DNA of 64,000 bases from Hydrolagus colliei (GCA_035084275.1 CM068746.1:29574001-29638000); one strand, 5' to 3'. Counted from the stretch's first letter, positions 1 through 13,676 are shown. The notes: generated by a model not told the origin, from the letters alone. Numbers and translations: made by a program.

Positions 1-544
1 CTTAAATATACCCCCACAATTTGAAATTCAGCTAGATACAAGCATTGAAGTGCCTTCTTAAGACAATAAACAATTGGTAATGTTTGATATCTTGCCGGTG
101 GGTGACTGTCATTACCTTCACAGATTTGTAATTGCATATGCAATTTTTCTGTAGGAATTCTGTACATCTCAGATCCAGTACGATAACTGCAGTTAACAAT
201 ACATACCAGCAGGTGGAACTGCTGAGAACAGCATCATCAGTAGTCAAGCATTTAAAACTGTGTTATTATCTTGAAGTACCCTCCGTCCACTTGGATGAGT
301 TTGCAGTCATCTGCCATTCTGCAGAGATCATGAGTATATATCTGATCCATGTGCAACTAGTATTCCAATCACCAACCATGGGGAAAAATTAACATTAAAA
401 CATCACCAAGGAATAGAATAGTTCATTCATATTGAGATCAATCTATGCAGATATAGTACAATCTCTTTGCTCTCAGTCTTAAACCTTCTGTGGGTCTAGA
501 CAATTCCAAGCTCCCTGATCTAGGCTGCAAATTGAGCTATTTGT

Positions 545-875
545 TCCTCCCTTCCTCTGTGACCACCCGAACTCCTGATTAATGCTCAAAGCCCTAAGGC
601 ACGGCTTCACATCCCCCGACTCGCCCAACACAACCATTGGCAGGCAGGCCTTCAGCCTTTCTGCCCCAACATACAGTACTCCATCCCACAGTCCGTCCAC
701 CTTGCTCCCTCCCTTGCCTCCTTCAAGAACCATCTCAAAACCCTTCTCTTCAATGTGTCTTTGGTCACCTTCATACTCTCCCTGCTCCCAGATCGGGTCC
801 AAATCCTTGACTGTTCCACGTCTTGAGACGTCCTCCCGTTATGATAGACGCTATACAAATGTAATTTTGTATTAC
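545..875 (+). mobile_element. L2-type LINE 3' end
   Basis: Same 3' region and tail as 7695-8686 (cttgagacgtcctcccgttatgatagacgctatacaaatgtaattttgt). Confidence 0.8.
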
Positions 876-1879
876 ATTCCTAGTCTATTAATTTCCCTGT
901 GTAACAAGACACTAGAAATACAAAATCATCTTTATTAATACTTCTGGTCCATCTTCCCTTGTTCTACTCTATCATATTTCTTCCTTACCCTCTCTGCATC
1001 ATACAGACAACCACCGAACCTTTCATTGTAGACCTCGCCAGCCCCTGAGAGTTCCTACTATTTCTGCTGAAGTGCTATAAGTTTTGGAGAATGTAAAGCA
1101 GTCAATCGGCTATACAAATTCTACACCACCAGAAAACAAAAACCCTGACCTTCAAACCTACCAACGTGTAACAAAAGACCAATCCAGAATCAAGTTAGCA
1201 GTGTCCTTAACTCAGATAAAATTGTTTGATGATTGAAGCACACCATACACAGTTTTTGAATATGCTATCATTACTGGCACTTTGGAAAAGTAAATTAGCT
1301 GCACAACTCTTAGTCATATCTGCAGTCATCCGTGTGCCACTTATATATTGATCACTGAAACATTAGGTGAAGTTCCATGCTCAGTCACACTCAAACGACA
1401 TACAGGACTAAGACACCAATATTTTAAAATAATCTAAATGTTCAGCCCATTGCACATGTTTTGTCATAACATGGTATCATGACATCATTTTTATCCTATC
1501 GTCTGAACTATTTTTCATGTTCCCGAATAGTCAGACCTGCTTTGGCTACACTCCACCTCTATGGCACACATGCATTATGCTAAATTGGAGTATAATTGAG
1601 GCCGACAACATCTCCATCCATCTATCTCCCTTTCAAGTCCCCACTTGAGTCTGATTTGAGAGTATTCCACATTGTCACATACCTCCCATCTCACTCATAA
1701 CCATGACTGTGACAACAATTTATATTTATATAGTGCCTTTCATAATAACACTTGCATTTGTTACTGTGCCTTATCGCGTTTTCAAAACTTTCCCTCGCTC
1801 TGAACTGTAAAGTGAATCGACTGTATATTTTTCGGGCCAAAATATCAGAAGGATATCAAAAAGTACTTTGCACAAGTGA

Positions 1880-2250
1880 CTGGAGCTTGTGGGGTGGAGG
1901 GGAATCTGAGGAAGGGTGAGGAAAGGTAGCTAAAAGCACAAAGAGATATATGCCCCAATGAAGATTTTGAAAACTGTGAGGAAGGGGGCTAGATAGAGGG
2001 AAGTTTGGAGTTTCAGAAGGTGGGGTTCAGGAGGTAGGTTGGTATAAGTCCATAGAGACGTATGGAAATGAGGACAAGAACCCACGGGGGATGGGAAGCC
2101 AACAGAGCAGAACGACAATATGAGAGATAGGCTTGTGGAACCTATTGCAGGAGAGGACATGGCTGCAGAGTTCTGGATGGTCCGCAGCTTGAGTGGGGAG
2201 GAGTTTACAGAATGACGTTGGAGGAAAATCAAGACAAAGACATTCACCGT
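1880..2250 (-). mobile_element. Decayed L2-type LINE fragment
   Basis: Minus-strand translation KLRTIQNSAA, as in other L2 copies. Confidence 0.65.
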
Positions 2251-4933
2251 CTCTTAAATCTGTTTTTTCATAAATCAATGGAAAAGTAGTCATATAATTA
2301 TCGAATACAATGATAAAACCACCATTAAAACAATTTCTGCACAAAAGATGTATAGTGTTGAATGAGCACTGTACAGCTTTAGAATCACAGTGTGCACTAA
2401 TTACAACTTACTCAGTTCACTAATTACAGCCTATTCAAAAGATAGCTCGCTCAGCTTTTCTGTAGAAGAGGAAGAGATCATTTGATTCTTGTACAAAAAA
2501 AGACCTGAATTAAGATGCTTTTACAGGGTTATTTCGGGGTCGCAAGATGCAGTTGTACATTCCTCCTGTGATGGCTGCAATCCCTAAATTTGGTTTATGT
2601 GATCCTGTTGAAAAGAAGACTCCACAATTCTGAAAGCTACTTTTTTTATCATTAAAAAAATGTAATTGTAGAAGATTTAAACATATAGTTTTTTTTTAAA
2701 GTTATTTCAACCGAGATTGCAAATTTATTTGCTTTTAGAAGAAACCCAGGAGATCACAAAATAGTTGCTTATTATCAACAAATACATTTGTCATCTGATA
2801 CAAGATGCAGCAGCAGAAGCCAAATGAATAGACAATATTATTTGTCCCAACATTGACCAAACAACAACACTGAGAAACTATCAAAAATAATTTGACTTGC
2901 AACCCGATTTAAAAAGAATATGCTCATCTCCATTTCTCTGGAAAAGTGACCAAGATATTCATACTCAAAGGATTTACAACAATATTCTTCTCGTCTCTAA
3001 GATACTGCTTTCGGGGATGGGAGTGATGGTGAAATCAGAATCTAGAATCTTATGCTTTTTTCCCCACAGACCTCAAGAGTTTCCATTATATTCAATGGAA
3101 AGAACAATCGTGTGTCGTGTCAGTGCATGAGTCGCAATCAAACTGTCAGTCAGAGGCATCTCCAACCTCAATCTTTTCTCACAGAGGAATCATGAAAGTA
3201 GGCAAGAAGCCTGAAGGAACAAACTGGTTCTTTTTTAAAAAAAAATCTCAGTGTTAAAAAAAGTTACAATGACCTCAATAATTGCTACTCTTTCAAGGTG
3301 TGCAATTTTCATTTCAGGAGTTCTTATCATAAGCATATTTGTAAGATGCAATAAAATAATCTGCACTGTCCCAGTCTGAAATCTTGCAAGTAAACTATCT
3401 ACCGTTTGATTGATTAGTAAATCGTCCTCCTTTATCAATCCAATGATCCGTTTAATCTGATTAAATTGCCCCTCGCATTCAGTTTTATATTCTTAAAACC
3501 AATCTTGATCTGAACCGTATCCAACTGGATTGGCCTTTGGCACACAAAACTTCCTGTTGGAGAACAATAACAAGGAAAGCTGACACTGCTCTGCATCGAC
3601 ACCATAAGCCTCAAAGGATGATATCCAACCATTGTTTTAATTTACACCTACCATCTTGATTTCAGGGAAATCTATTCAACTGCAAATCATTCTATATTTG
3701 CCAACAAGTCTGTCAAGATCCATCAGTCACATTAGTTACATCCGGTAAGCAGAAAAATCCTTCTCTCCCTCCATTCAGAATCTAATGTGACAAATTGTAA
3801 TTAAAATATATCACACTATAGGGCATCAAATAGGGCATCAAAGCACACAAATGATCTGCAGTCAACATTTTAAATCTGCATCATTTACAAATGGCAGTCT
3901 AATTTCATGCAATATGGTGAACTTAAGCAACAAGAAATTCTATATTGACGTGCAGAAATTTAATACTAAAGATATACAAGTCGACAATGTATATAATATT
4001 TTAATATGTAAAATCAACTCTGGAAGAAAGCTCACCACTATTCTACTCAGTATAACAACTCTTCTGAACTCCAGGCCTTTTTTCCCTCCAAACTCTTTGT
4101 ATATTGCATGGCACAGCATTTGGGTGGGAAATGGATAACTCATGCAGAATTGTAATTAAAAAGAGCCACAGTTTTTCACCATAAATCCTAATCCGAAGTC
4201 TCCCCCCATCACACTCCCTCATTGAAACAGATTCTGTGAACAGCACTGAAAAACCAACTGAGGATTGACAAACAATGTTAAAACTAGCCATTTAAAACTT
4301 GGTCCTGAGAAAAGATACTGAACAAACATATGAAGCAAGTTCTAAGGTGAAAGTTTTTCCCTGAACTTCAGAGGATGCATGAACCTAGAGTGCACAAGTG
4401 CTGGATTCTAAATATCCAGTCCCCAAGATAAAATTACATTCACTTCTTCACAGATATATATCTTTTCATCATAGAGCCCAGCTTCACATCCAACTCTTGT
4501 GATTCATACAAGGATGTTAAGTCTGTTTTTGCAGCTGCTGTACAGAAAGATAAGAGTCATTTCAATTATGCACCACAGCCGTGAATGTACCACGATTACT
4601 ATAAAGCACACAGACGTGGCAGCTTTATAGTTGTAGTGAGGTCAGAGATGTTGCGCTTCTTGTGATCTTATTGCAAGGTACAGTACGATAAATTTAGCTT
4701 CATGATGAAGAGGGACACCATATCTGGAAAAACAAAAAAACCATTGATTGAATTAGATACAAGTGAATTGCATTAAAAGCTTTAGGGGTACTCAGGGTAT
4801 GATAAGCATTTAGAAAATGGAATCAGACAAATGGACCATAATAGTCTTCTGATCCTGCAAAAACTGATGTTCCAAATTTGCCAGAATAATGTCACCTCCA
4901 ACTTGAAATCAAAAATTGCACCAGAAATATATA

Positions 4934-5137
4934 CAGTAATAGCCCATTTATCCGGCACCCGATCAACCGTAACTTCGATATAACCGGCATCGCAAAAAAA
5001 AGGTCCACATTCGATTAACTGGAACTTATCCGGAAAAATGCATTGATTTTTTTTTTCGTTCTCGGCCGAATATCCGGCAGACGCTTTAAACGGCATTGGC
5101 CAGGTCCTGAGGGTGCCGGATAAATGGGCTTTTACTG
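4934..5137. mobile_element. Tc1/pogo(Tigger)-type MITE, family B
   Basis: TIRs CAGTAATAGCCCATTTATCCGGCAC / GTGCCGGATAAATGGGCTTTTACTG, TA on both sides. Confidence 0.9.
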
Positions 5138-6774
5138 TACAACACTTGATAAAAGCCTTAAGCACAATGCTTTTTAAATATAATATGCTAGTTGGCTAGA
5201 AAACAGGATCTTAAATATGCCAGATATGTTAGGCACCACTGCAAATTATTCTAGTTTTCATATGTAACGAATACCAACAGATTCAAACAGACTGGTAGAT
5301 TCAATATGCCACCTCTTCGGAGTGAAAGTGTTAGTGAAAGAAAATCATTCTGTTCCAATCACCTCATCAAACTGAAAATTTAAACGTAAAAATACAAAAT
5401 TAAAAGTAAAAATATATTATGCAAACTTACACAAAGATTGCATCTGATATAGCGACTTTCACATGTGGAGGGTGTCCCAAAGCACCACAAAACTTAATGC
5501 AGAATATTGTGTGTATCTGCAGGCAAACATAGCGAATGTTCTCACAAGTTTTTTGGGGGCAATTTCTTACAGATTCCTAAATAAGGAATTCAATAGGGGA
5601 CTTGTCCTGATGACTGGAAGGACATCAAGTACTGCATACAGACCCACAGGAGATTGAGTCACGGTAGATTGAGTCAGACCTGAGTTTCTAAGGGTTATTT
5701 CCATTTTCCTTATTCATGAACTCCTGTTTGAAGTCACCACATATTAGACCCCATTATACAAAGCTTTTTAAAAGTTAAGTTTAATGATATTTTTAAAGAA
5801 ACTTAGGAGTCTGATTTTTTTTTAAAAAAAACAAATGGTATGAATGAAATGAACCCAGCGCATATAAAAAGCCAAATGCAACAATGGAAAATCGCTAAAA
5901 TTGTTTGATGTTTAGAACTTCCCTGAAGTGTGTTGGAAGCATTTCAAGGGCGAAAACACCACTCTGCCAATACATCAAATCATTCAATAATTATGCTCTC
6001 TCAGTATGCATCTTTTAACTTCTTAACACATCAATAATGATAATAATATCCCAGCCTTTGATACAGCGCTTTATCACATCAAGGAGACATTTCAGATACA
6101 TCACAGGATAAACTGTAAATTTGTGTGAACAACAACAACAAAATTACATTTGTATAATGCCTTTCACGTTGGGAGGATGGCCCAAGGCGCTGGGCAAATG
6201 TGTCAGCCCATTTGTGTACAGCAAAGTTCCACGGGGCGAATTCCCAATTTTATTTATGGGATTGTTGGTTAGGACACAAGAAGAAACTTCCTTCTCAGAA
6301 TACTAATAATAACATACCAATAATAATGATCAGTCTTATATTTGCTGTAATATCTATTCATATTCTATTCATATCAAAACATCTCAAAGTTCCTTAATTA
6401 TTCTGTGAAGTGTAGTGACAGTGTACCCGTTGGCTAACTATATTAAGCAGGAGAGGGAGCAGACAGAGGAAAAAGATGAGCAATAGAAGCTCATCTAGCC
6501 TTTGAAGCTCTTTGCAAAGTCCAGAGGACAAGCATTAAGAGGATACCTGCAGTTTAACATGCCTCAGGGCAAAATTAAATCATACAGCTCCTTCAAAACA
6601 TTTCACCACAGATTAGGCAGAATGTCATGATATCCATGAACCAGTTCAGTCAAAAAAAATTAGTTTCTGATACAACAGCAATTTACCATATTCAATTTGT
6701 TGGAAAATGACATTGAATTTCTGGTACTGTTCTTCCCAATAAAGGAGCATACCATAATACAGTATAATACTAAC

Positions 6775-7137
6775 AATAAACCTTGCACTTGATATAGCGT
6801 CTTATCACGTATTCAAGATGTCTCAAAGTGCTTCACAAATATACTGTTAAATGAATTGACTCTATACAGTATTTTGCGGAATGTGGCAGCCAATTGCACA
6901 AAGCAGTGTCCTGCAAACATTCATGGATTGAGTGACCAAATTATTATTATTTTTGGAGGGATTATTATTCCCGGGAAAGCAATCTGCCAATCGACCAACA
7001 ACCAGGTCCCTTCTTACTGCTAAGTAAACAGAGGAGTGTGTTTGGAGTAAGGAAACTTGCCTAAGGCTTTGCTCTGTCCAGGAATCAAACCCATGTCCTA
7101 TCGCTTGTGAGGCGAGCACTACCTCACTACAGGACTC
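6775..7137 (-). mobile_element. tRNA-derived SINE (family A), near full length
   Basis: Minus-strand head with A/B-box-like motifs, body cagccaattgc...cccacaaac, LINE-like tail with (TTA)n; many dispersed copies in the window. Confidence 0.85.
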
Positions 7138-7694
7138 CATGATGGACCCAAGGCCAGTCAAGTAGCTTCAGAAAGACTGTCAGACCATCTCAGACGGAGA
7201 GATGTGATAACAAGCAATATGATGGGAGTCAGGTGGTTAAGGCCCAGGGTCATATGCAAAGTCGGAATCCAATTTAAAACTAGTTGCTTATTCAGTTTTA
7301 GTGAGGGGCAAATAAGCAACTCTGCTCCTTTTTTCCTCTGTCTGCTCCTACGCATGCTTAATATAGAGTCAACAGATACACAGTCACTATACGTTTATAA
7401 AATTGAGGTGCTTTGAGAGGTCTTGATATAATAATGTTTAACTCTACAAAAAGCTAAATTGCCTTTCTAAAGATTGAGACAATGCTTCAGCTTCAAGGGG
7501 AAATTGGGAGTCACTAATGCAAGGCTACACTGCTGATGTTCCAATCCCTTTTGTAAGAACAGCAAGTGAGATACTGTACATAGAATCATAGGGCACAAAA
7601 GGAGGCTATTTGGCCCATCGAGTCAGTGCCGGCTCTTCAAAAAGAGCAATTCAATCCCACTTCCCAGCTCTCTCCCCATAACCGCACAACCAGT

Positions 7695-8686
7695 CGATAT
7701 CGACATATATGCAGATGGCAGCACCTCTACCTTTCCGCTTCCACCCTCGACTCCACGACTACTAGAGTTCTGACTGCATGTCTGTCCGGTATTGAGTCCT
7801 GGACAAGGGTCAACCTCCTCCAACTAAACATCAACAAGACGGAGACCATCCTGATTGGCTCGCGTCAGCGCCTCCACACCTCAGGCATTGGCAACATCAA
7901 CATTCAAGGCTGCTCTCTCCACCTCTTGAAGCCAGTCAGGAATTTCGGCGTCTTGTTCGACCCCGAACTGTCCTTCCCTCCAAACTCCGCGCCAGGACTG
8001 GTACAGCCTTCCATCACCTCCGCAACATTACCAGACTCCGCCACTACCTCACCCACCATGCTGCCGAAACACTCATCCACGCATTCATCACATCTAGGCT
8101 CGACTATGCGTACTCTCTCCTCGTCAGCCTTCCCAGCTCCTCCCTTCACAAGCTGCAGATTTTTCAGAACTCTGCAGCTCGTATATGTACTCTTCTGCAC
8201 TAGGCTCCGCGACCACATCACTCCCACCCTCGCCTATCTCCACTGGCTACCCATCTCCCAAAGGGTCGAATTGAAGATCTTCGTCCTCACTTTCAAGGCC
8301 ATTCATGGACTTGCCTCCGCCTATCTCTCCGACCTGCTGTCTTCCTATCAGCCTGCCCACCCCCTCCGTTCAACGGGCTCTGGCCTGCTCCACGTCCCCC
8401 GCCCAAACCGCCCTACCATCGATGGTCGGCTTTCAGCCTCTTTGCCCCCATTCTGGAACTCCATCCCGCAATCCCTTCGCCTCGCTTCCTCTCTTTTCTC
8501 CTTTAAGGCCGGTCTCAAGACCTTCCTCTTCCGTGCCTTCTGCTCTCCTCCTAACTCTCCCCTCTCCTATTCTCCTTCCCCCTACCCCAACGCCCCCATC
8601 AATCAGGTCCTGACCTAACTGTTCAGCACCTTGGGACGTCCTCCCGACGTGAAAGGCACTCTATAAATTTTATTTTGTTGTTGTTG
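7695..8686 (+). mobile_element. L2-type LINE 3' fragment (end of reverse-transcriptase ORF2, 3' stem-loop, (TTG)n tail)
   Basis: Frameshifted ORF2 motifs (degenerate YADD, LQLNINKTE, RDHITPTLAYLHWLPI, FKAGLKTFLF); tail gggacgtcctcccgacgtgaaaggcact...ttgttgttg. Confidence 0.9.
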
Positions 8687-8709
8687 ATGTTCAACTGAAG
8701 AAAGTTAGC

Positions 8710-9890
8710 TCTCATCCAGGACTTGATGTCTGACAGGCATTCAAAACAGCAGTGGGCCTGGAGTCAAGGGTGGACGTAGAGAGATACAGTTGGGTGAAAT
8801 CCACATTGTCCTCATATCTGATGATGCCAGCAAGAGGGAACATGTAAATGTTGCCAAGAGGAGGGGACCAAGGACGGAGCTTTGAGGAACGCAGCACGAG
8901 ATGGTGTGGGGGCCAAAGGAGAAACCGTTTGTGGAAATGAAGTGGAGGCAGTGTGAGATGTACAAACTGAAGCATGAAAGTTGAGCTGAGAGGAGAGACA
9001 GTGGATGAGGATAGAGTGGTCAACGGTGTCGAAAGCAGTAGAGTGGTTAAGGAGGATGAGGAGGTAGAGGTAACCCTGGTTGCCGATGGACAGAATGTAA
9101 TTTGTCACTTTGATCAGAGCTGTTTCTGTGTTTTGGATGAGCCTCAGGCGAGACAGATTCATAGATGGTGCAGCACAGAAACGTAAATCCAGTCTGGCTG
9201 GTGACTCGACTCCATACAAGTGCTTTCCTAGATCCTACCCCTACAACAACTTACATTTGTATCAAGCATTTCACGTTAGAAGGATGTCTCAAGGTGCTTC
9301 ACTTCAGGGATTTGGACTGGAGCAAGGAGTTGGGATCAGTTGGGTTGGAGGGCAGCGATAGCAGGGTGTCCAAAGGCACAGTCGAAGGAGGGACTTGAGG
9401 TGGGACTTGAAGGAGGCACGAGAGGGAATAAAGTGAGGGGACTGACTGTGGGATGAAATTCCAAAGTGTGGGAGCGGAGAGGGTGAAGGCCCAACCACCG
9501 CTGAGGTGGGCGGGGATGTGGTGCAAGCAAAAGGAGGGGACAGATCAATATGGTGTTAGCAGGTCACAGAGGTAGGAAGGAGCAAGGCTATAGAGGGCTT
9601 TGAAAGCAAGGACAAAGATTTTGAACTATCCTGTGGGGGAATAGGGAATAAGTGGAGCTGTGTGAGGATGGGGATGATAAGGAGCCTGGAGTGGGAAAGA
9701 ACAGAAGCTGTGTTCTGAATGATCTGCTGCTTATGGAAAGAAGAGTTTCGAAAGGTTAACAAGCAGGGAATTGACATAGTCAAACCTGGATGTAATGAAA
9801 GCATATATGAAGGTCTCATTGGCCTGAAGGGAGAGGCAGTGGCCGAGCCAGACAATTTTGTGGAGGTGGGAGAAGGCAGAACGGGTCATT
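8710..9890 (-). mobile_element. Two decayed L2-type LINE fragments
   Basis: Minus-strand TETALIKVTN, AFDTVDH, SVLGPL and TQLY motifs at 8710-9140; a second 3' end with (CAA) tail starts near 9243. Confidence 0.8.
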
Positions 9891-9924
9891 ATTTCAATTT
9901 CATATCTCAGCTTTCTCCCCCATA

Positions 9925-10818
9925 TCCCTCAATTTGAACACAAACCAGAGCTGCCAACCTTCAAGGAAGATTTTCAGGAAGGTTGTAGTAATTTTTCAGG
10001 AAGGTTTGTTACATTTTCAGGAAGGATTTTGTTATTGCCTCTATCACTTAAGTATCAGCCAATAGCTAAGACAGTGCTCGACATTAACAGGCATCCAGGA
10101 CACCTTAATTTTGCGCATCCGCGATTTACATCCGTGGTTTAAATTTTCAAGTTTCACTCCTCCAAACAAGGGACTGCATTCATCTGCGTATTGGTGTGTA
10201 TTCATCCGCTGTGCGGTTCCCGCCTATCCAGCATCTTTACTACCCCACATGGTCTAGCTGCACTCGTGGATCTACAGATACTGTGTGTGTGCAAATAGCT
10301 AGCGAATAGTACTAGGACCCAGTTGCTATGTTGCAATCAACCAGCGACAACGCTTCTCTCTTAGGATTAAGGTAAATACAACGCTTCTCTCAGTAGTATT
10401 TCACTTTCTCTTCTCCATTAAACTGATTTCTTCCATCCTTCCCCTACTGAACATAGGTGGTGCAAGGGGGATTTAGCTTATATGAAATGGCAAAAAATCG
10501 GAAGTTATTTATCTGGGATCGGGAGGGCGGAAGGGCGCATGTAAAACCGGAAAGTTTCCGCAAAAATCAGGAGGGTTGGCAGCTCTGACAAAAACAGAGA
10601 GAGCTGGGAAAACTTAGCAGGTCAGGCAGCATCTATGGAGAAAGGAAAGTGAGTCAATGTTTCGGGTCCACGTCCAGTTCTGATGAATGGTCATGGACCC
10701 GAAATGTTCACTCACTTTCCATTCTCCATGCTGCCTGACCTGATGAGTTTTCCCAGCTCTCTGTTTTTGTTTCAGATTTCCAGCATGTGTAGTATTTTGT
10801 GTTTTTTTCCCTCAATTT
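9925..10818 (+). mobile_element. Penelope-like fold-back element with hammerhead-like core (interrupted by the hAT MITE)
   Basis: About 80-bp inverted arms at 10588-10670 and 10694-10770; CTGATGA...GAAA core at 10680-10704; 11-bp flanking direct repeat tccctcaattt at 9925-9935 and 10808-10818. Confidence 0.7.
9946..10587. mobile_element. hAT-type MITE
   Basis: TIRs CAGAGCTGCCAACC / GGTTGGCAGCTCTG; 8-bp TSD acacaaac / acaaaaac (7 of 8 match). Confidence 0.85.
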
Positions 10819-13676
10819 AAATCTCTCTTAAGCATGCAAAAGTGAAGGAGAGGTGATGAGCTTTGAGCATTGCTTTTCCTGCAGCTCCAGCTTTTCTTAT
10901 TTAGAACATTTCTTAGATAGGTTTTGTTACATTCATGATTCCAACACATCACTTACCTCATGTGTGGATGGAAGCATGTCAGAGCCTTACACTACTGTCT
11001 TCTTCTCAATAAATAACAGCAGATGCAGAAATTTTGGGAGCACTGTGTCTGCATATCAACTGAACTCAATACTTTTCCTTGACATTGGATTCTTCCAATT
11101 CAATATTAGTTTTTAGGACCAGTGGTAGTCAGGTTAAGAGTCCTTCAGAGCTTCAGAACACTGCTTTACATGTATGATGATAGCACAAGCCAGTCACTGC
11201 CAGTATTGTAGCTGGCAGGAAAAGAAGCAGTTGGTGGTGAAGGCAGAGGAAACAAAACCGGTTCACCTGCCAGCAACTATACATGGTTGCTGTTTACAGT
11301 GTTAGGTACGTAGACAATCATCTAAACCTCGGGACAAAAGGTACCGATCAATCTTTTGAATGATTGCGAATTTAAAAATTCAATGAAAGAATTAAAATCC
11401 AATGCAAGGAAAAAACTACCAGCTAATATAAATATAAATCAAAGTATTCAGAAATATCTCAATTGCATTCTTTGATTTTGTGCATTTCTTTTGATATTTT
11501 TCGATACAACATGCAAGACCAATACAAAAACCATGAATAGCAGTCTAATCTTTGGTTTGTGAACCACTTTTTCATTCAAAATGTAGCCAATCCAGTATTT
11601 CAAGTTAACATTGATTCTTTCACATATTAGCTGGTGTAAAGATGTTATGCTTTAAGTGTAAGGAACTACAGAACAGAAAGAATAAATCTGGAAACGTTGC
11701 TGTCCTTTTATGAACTCATTAGAGTACTCTGCTGCTTCCAGACACATCTGGTGCAATTTGCCCTAACAAGAATTTGCAGTGGGAAAATCCCCAAAGGCCA
11801 TCTATTCCCACAAACCGAGCACTGTCCTATTTTCCAGCTGGCGACAAACAGATGCGTCCAAACAGCCTCCTGCGGAGTCAGCCCTGCATATCATCTCTCC
11901 TTCCTGATCATTGAGAAATTTGGGAGACAAATCTCAACAGCTGAATTTAAAATTCCTTACTTCATAAACATTATAAACCGCTAAAGAAAGGAAACAAGAT
12001 GACATCTGCAGACAGATCAAACAGTTCAGCAGCCTGTTAGTAATCTGATTGCATCTATAATGCAACGCCAGTGTTTCTTTAAATAGAAAACAAAATTCTT
12101 GACAGAATTTAAAAATGCATGGTTCAAAAATATTTACAACTATTAAAAATGATACTTTTTTGTTACATACATTTTAGAAATCGCAGTATTGCTTACAAAA
12201 TTTACGCATACTTTCCAACTCAAGACAATTGAAAAAAATATTCCCGCTTTCCTAAAAATCAAGACAATTGCTAACTGGATTTATTTTAAAAGCTATTACT
12301 TCTCCGATGCACAATTCCAGTGTTCAGAAAATAGCTGACATGTTTTCTGGAAGTGACCACTAAACATTTGTATGGTATTGTGTGATCTTGCAAATTTACC
12401 CTCGCCACATTTAATGTCTCCCAACAAAGCACAAAAAATATTCACAATTCATCATGTGAATCATGGGTAGCAACTCAGTTCCTGTAATTAGGCAAATTGT
12501 GTGAATTTATCATTTACAAACCCCATAGGCGGTGCTCACTTGGTTCGACTGAACATCATTCAGTCGCATTGTTTACAGCCTGTTTACAACACAGCAACTT
12601 GAATTCCAATTTAAATCACAAAAGTCACATTAAGGCAAGGAAATTCACTGGTTTTACATTTGCAAAAGCAATTCAGTCAGATGATGAGAGGATTGGATTA
12701 AGCCCATTCCACCTAATTTTCCCAGAAAAAAATGTTCCTGTCTTCTCATTGTAGCACCAAACCATTTCTTAAATTAGTCCTGTGACCCAGCCTCAACCAT
12801 ACTTTGTGGTAAACATTTCCAACTGTTGATAATCCATGGTGTAAAGAATATTTCCTGATGCCTGTTCCAAAACTGCCCTCAACAACCTTTGCCCTAATTT
12901 TGTTGTCTCCACATACCTGAAGTATTGGTCTTTAAGTGTCACATACAGTTTGAGGCTGGATTTCAATTGAGTGTTCAGGAAAGATGGGTACAGTTTAGTT
13001 TGTTTACTTAAACAGAACAAGATCTACAGTATTTCACATCATTTAAGATATCCATAGAATCTCTTAAATTAGACACCCAACTTCTCACCATGTAACCATC
13101 TTCCACTCCAAAAGCACAAAAACATATCAAGTTTCAGCATCTCAATGCACTGTAAACTTTTATACAAAGCTTTCTGTTCCTTTCGTATAACACTACTGCC
13201 GTAACTAATTTGATCCCTTAAGATTCCCTCCACTTCAAGTCAATTGTTGTGCAAACACTTTCAAAATGCAAAACCACAAATAGATTCAGTGATCAAAACA
13301 GCACTTGGAGAAATCTTAACATTGCTCTGAGAAAAAGCAATATAATTTTCAACATTGTATAATATCACAACCACTCTTTAGTTACAATAAGAAGATACAT
13401 GTTTATGCACACAGGAAGTACTGTACTAAGATTAGCACATAACATGAGATTTTTGATCGAATATGCAGAGGGAAATGGCTTCATATTCGATTGAACAAAA
13501 AGTCTCCAATAGATGCACATGTAGGTCATGTTTCCGCTACAATCAACATCTGTTATTAATGCAGTTTTGCAGTCAACTAATTAAATATGCATATGTTCAA
13601 ATTTAAATTATTTTAGGTAAGGGCTGTCATTGCTGAGATTGTTCAACTCAAACTGATGGCAATGTCAAAATATCAA

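Noticed and set aside
290-320. Minus-strand ADDCKL resembling an RT YADD motif
   Set aside because: No supporting flanking RT motifs recognised; probably chance.
7626-8618. 330-aa ORF as an intact gene
   Set aside because: Frameshifted C-terminal part of an L2 ORF2; motifs switch frames.
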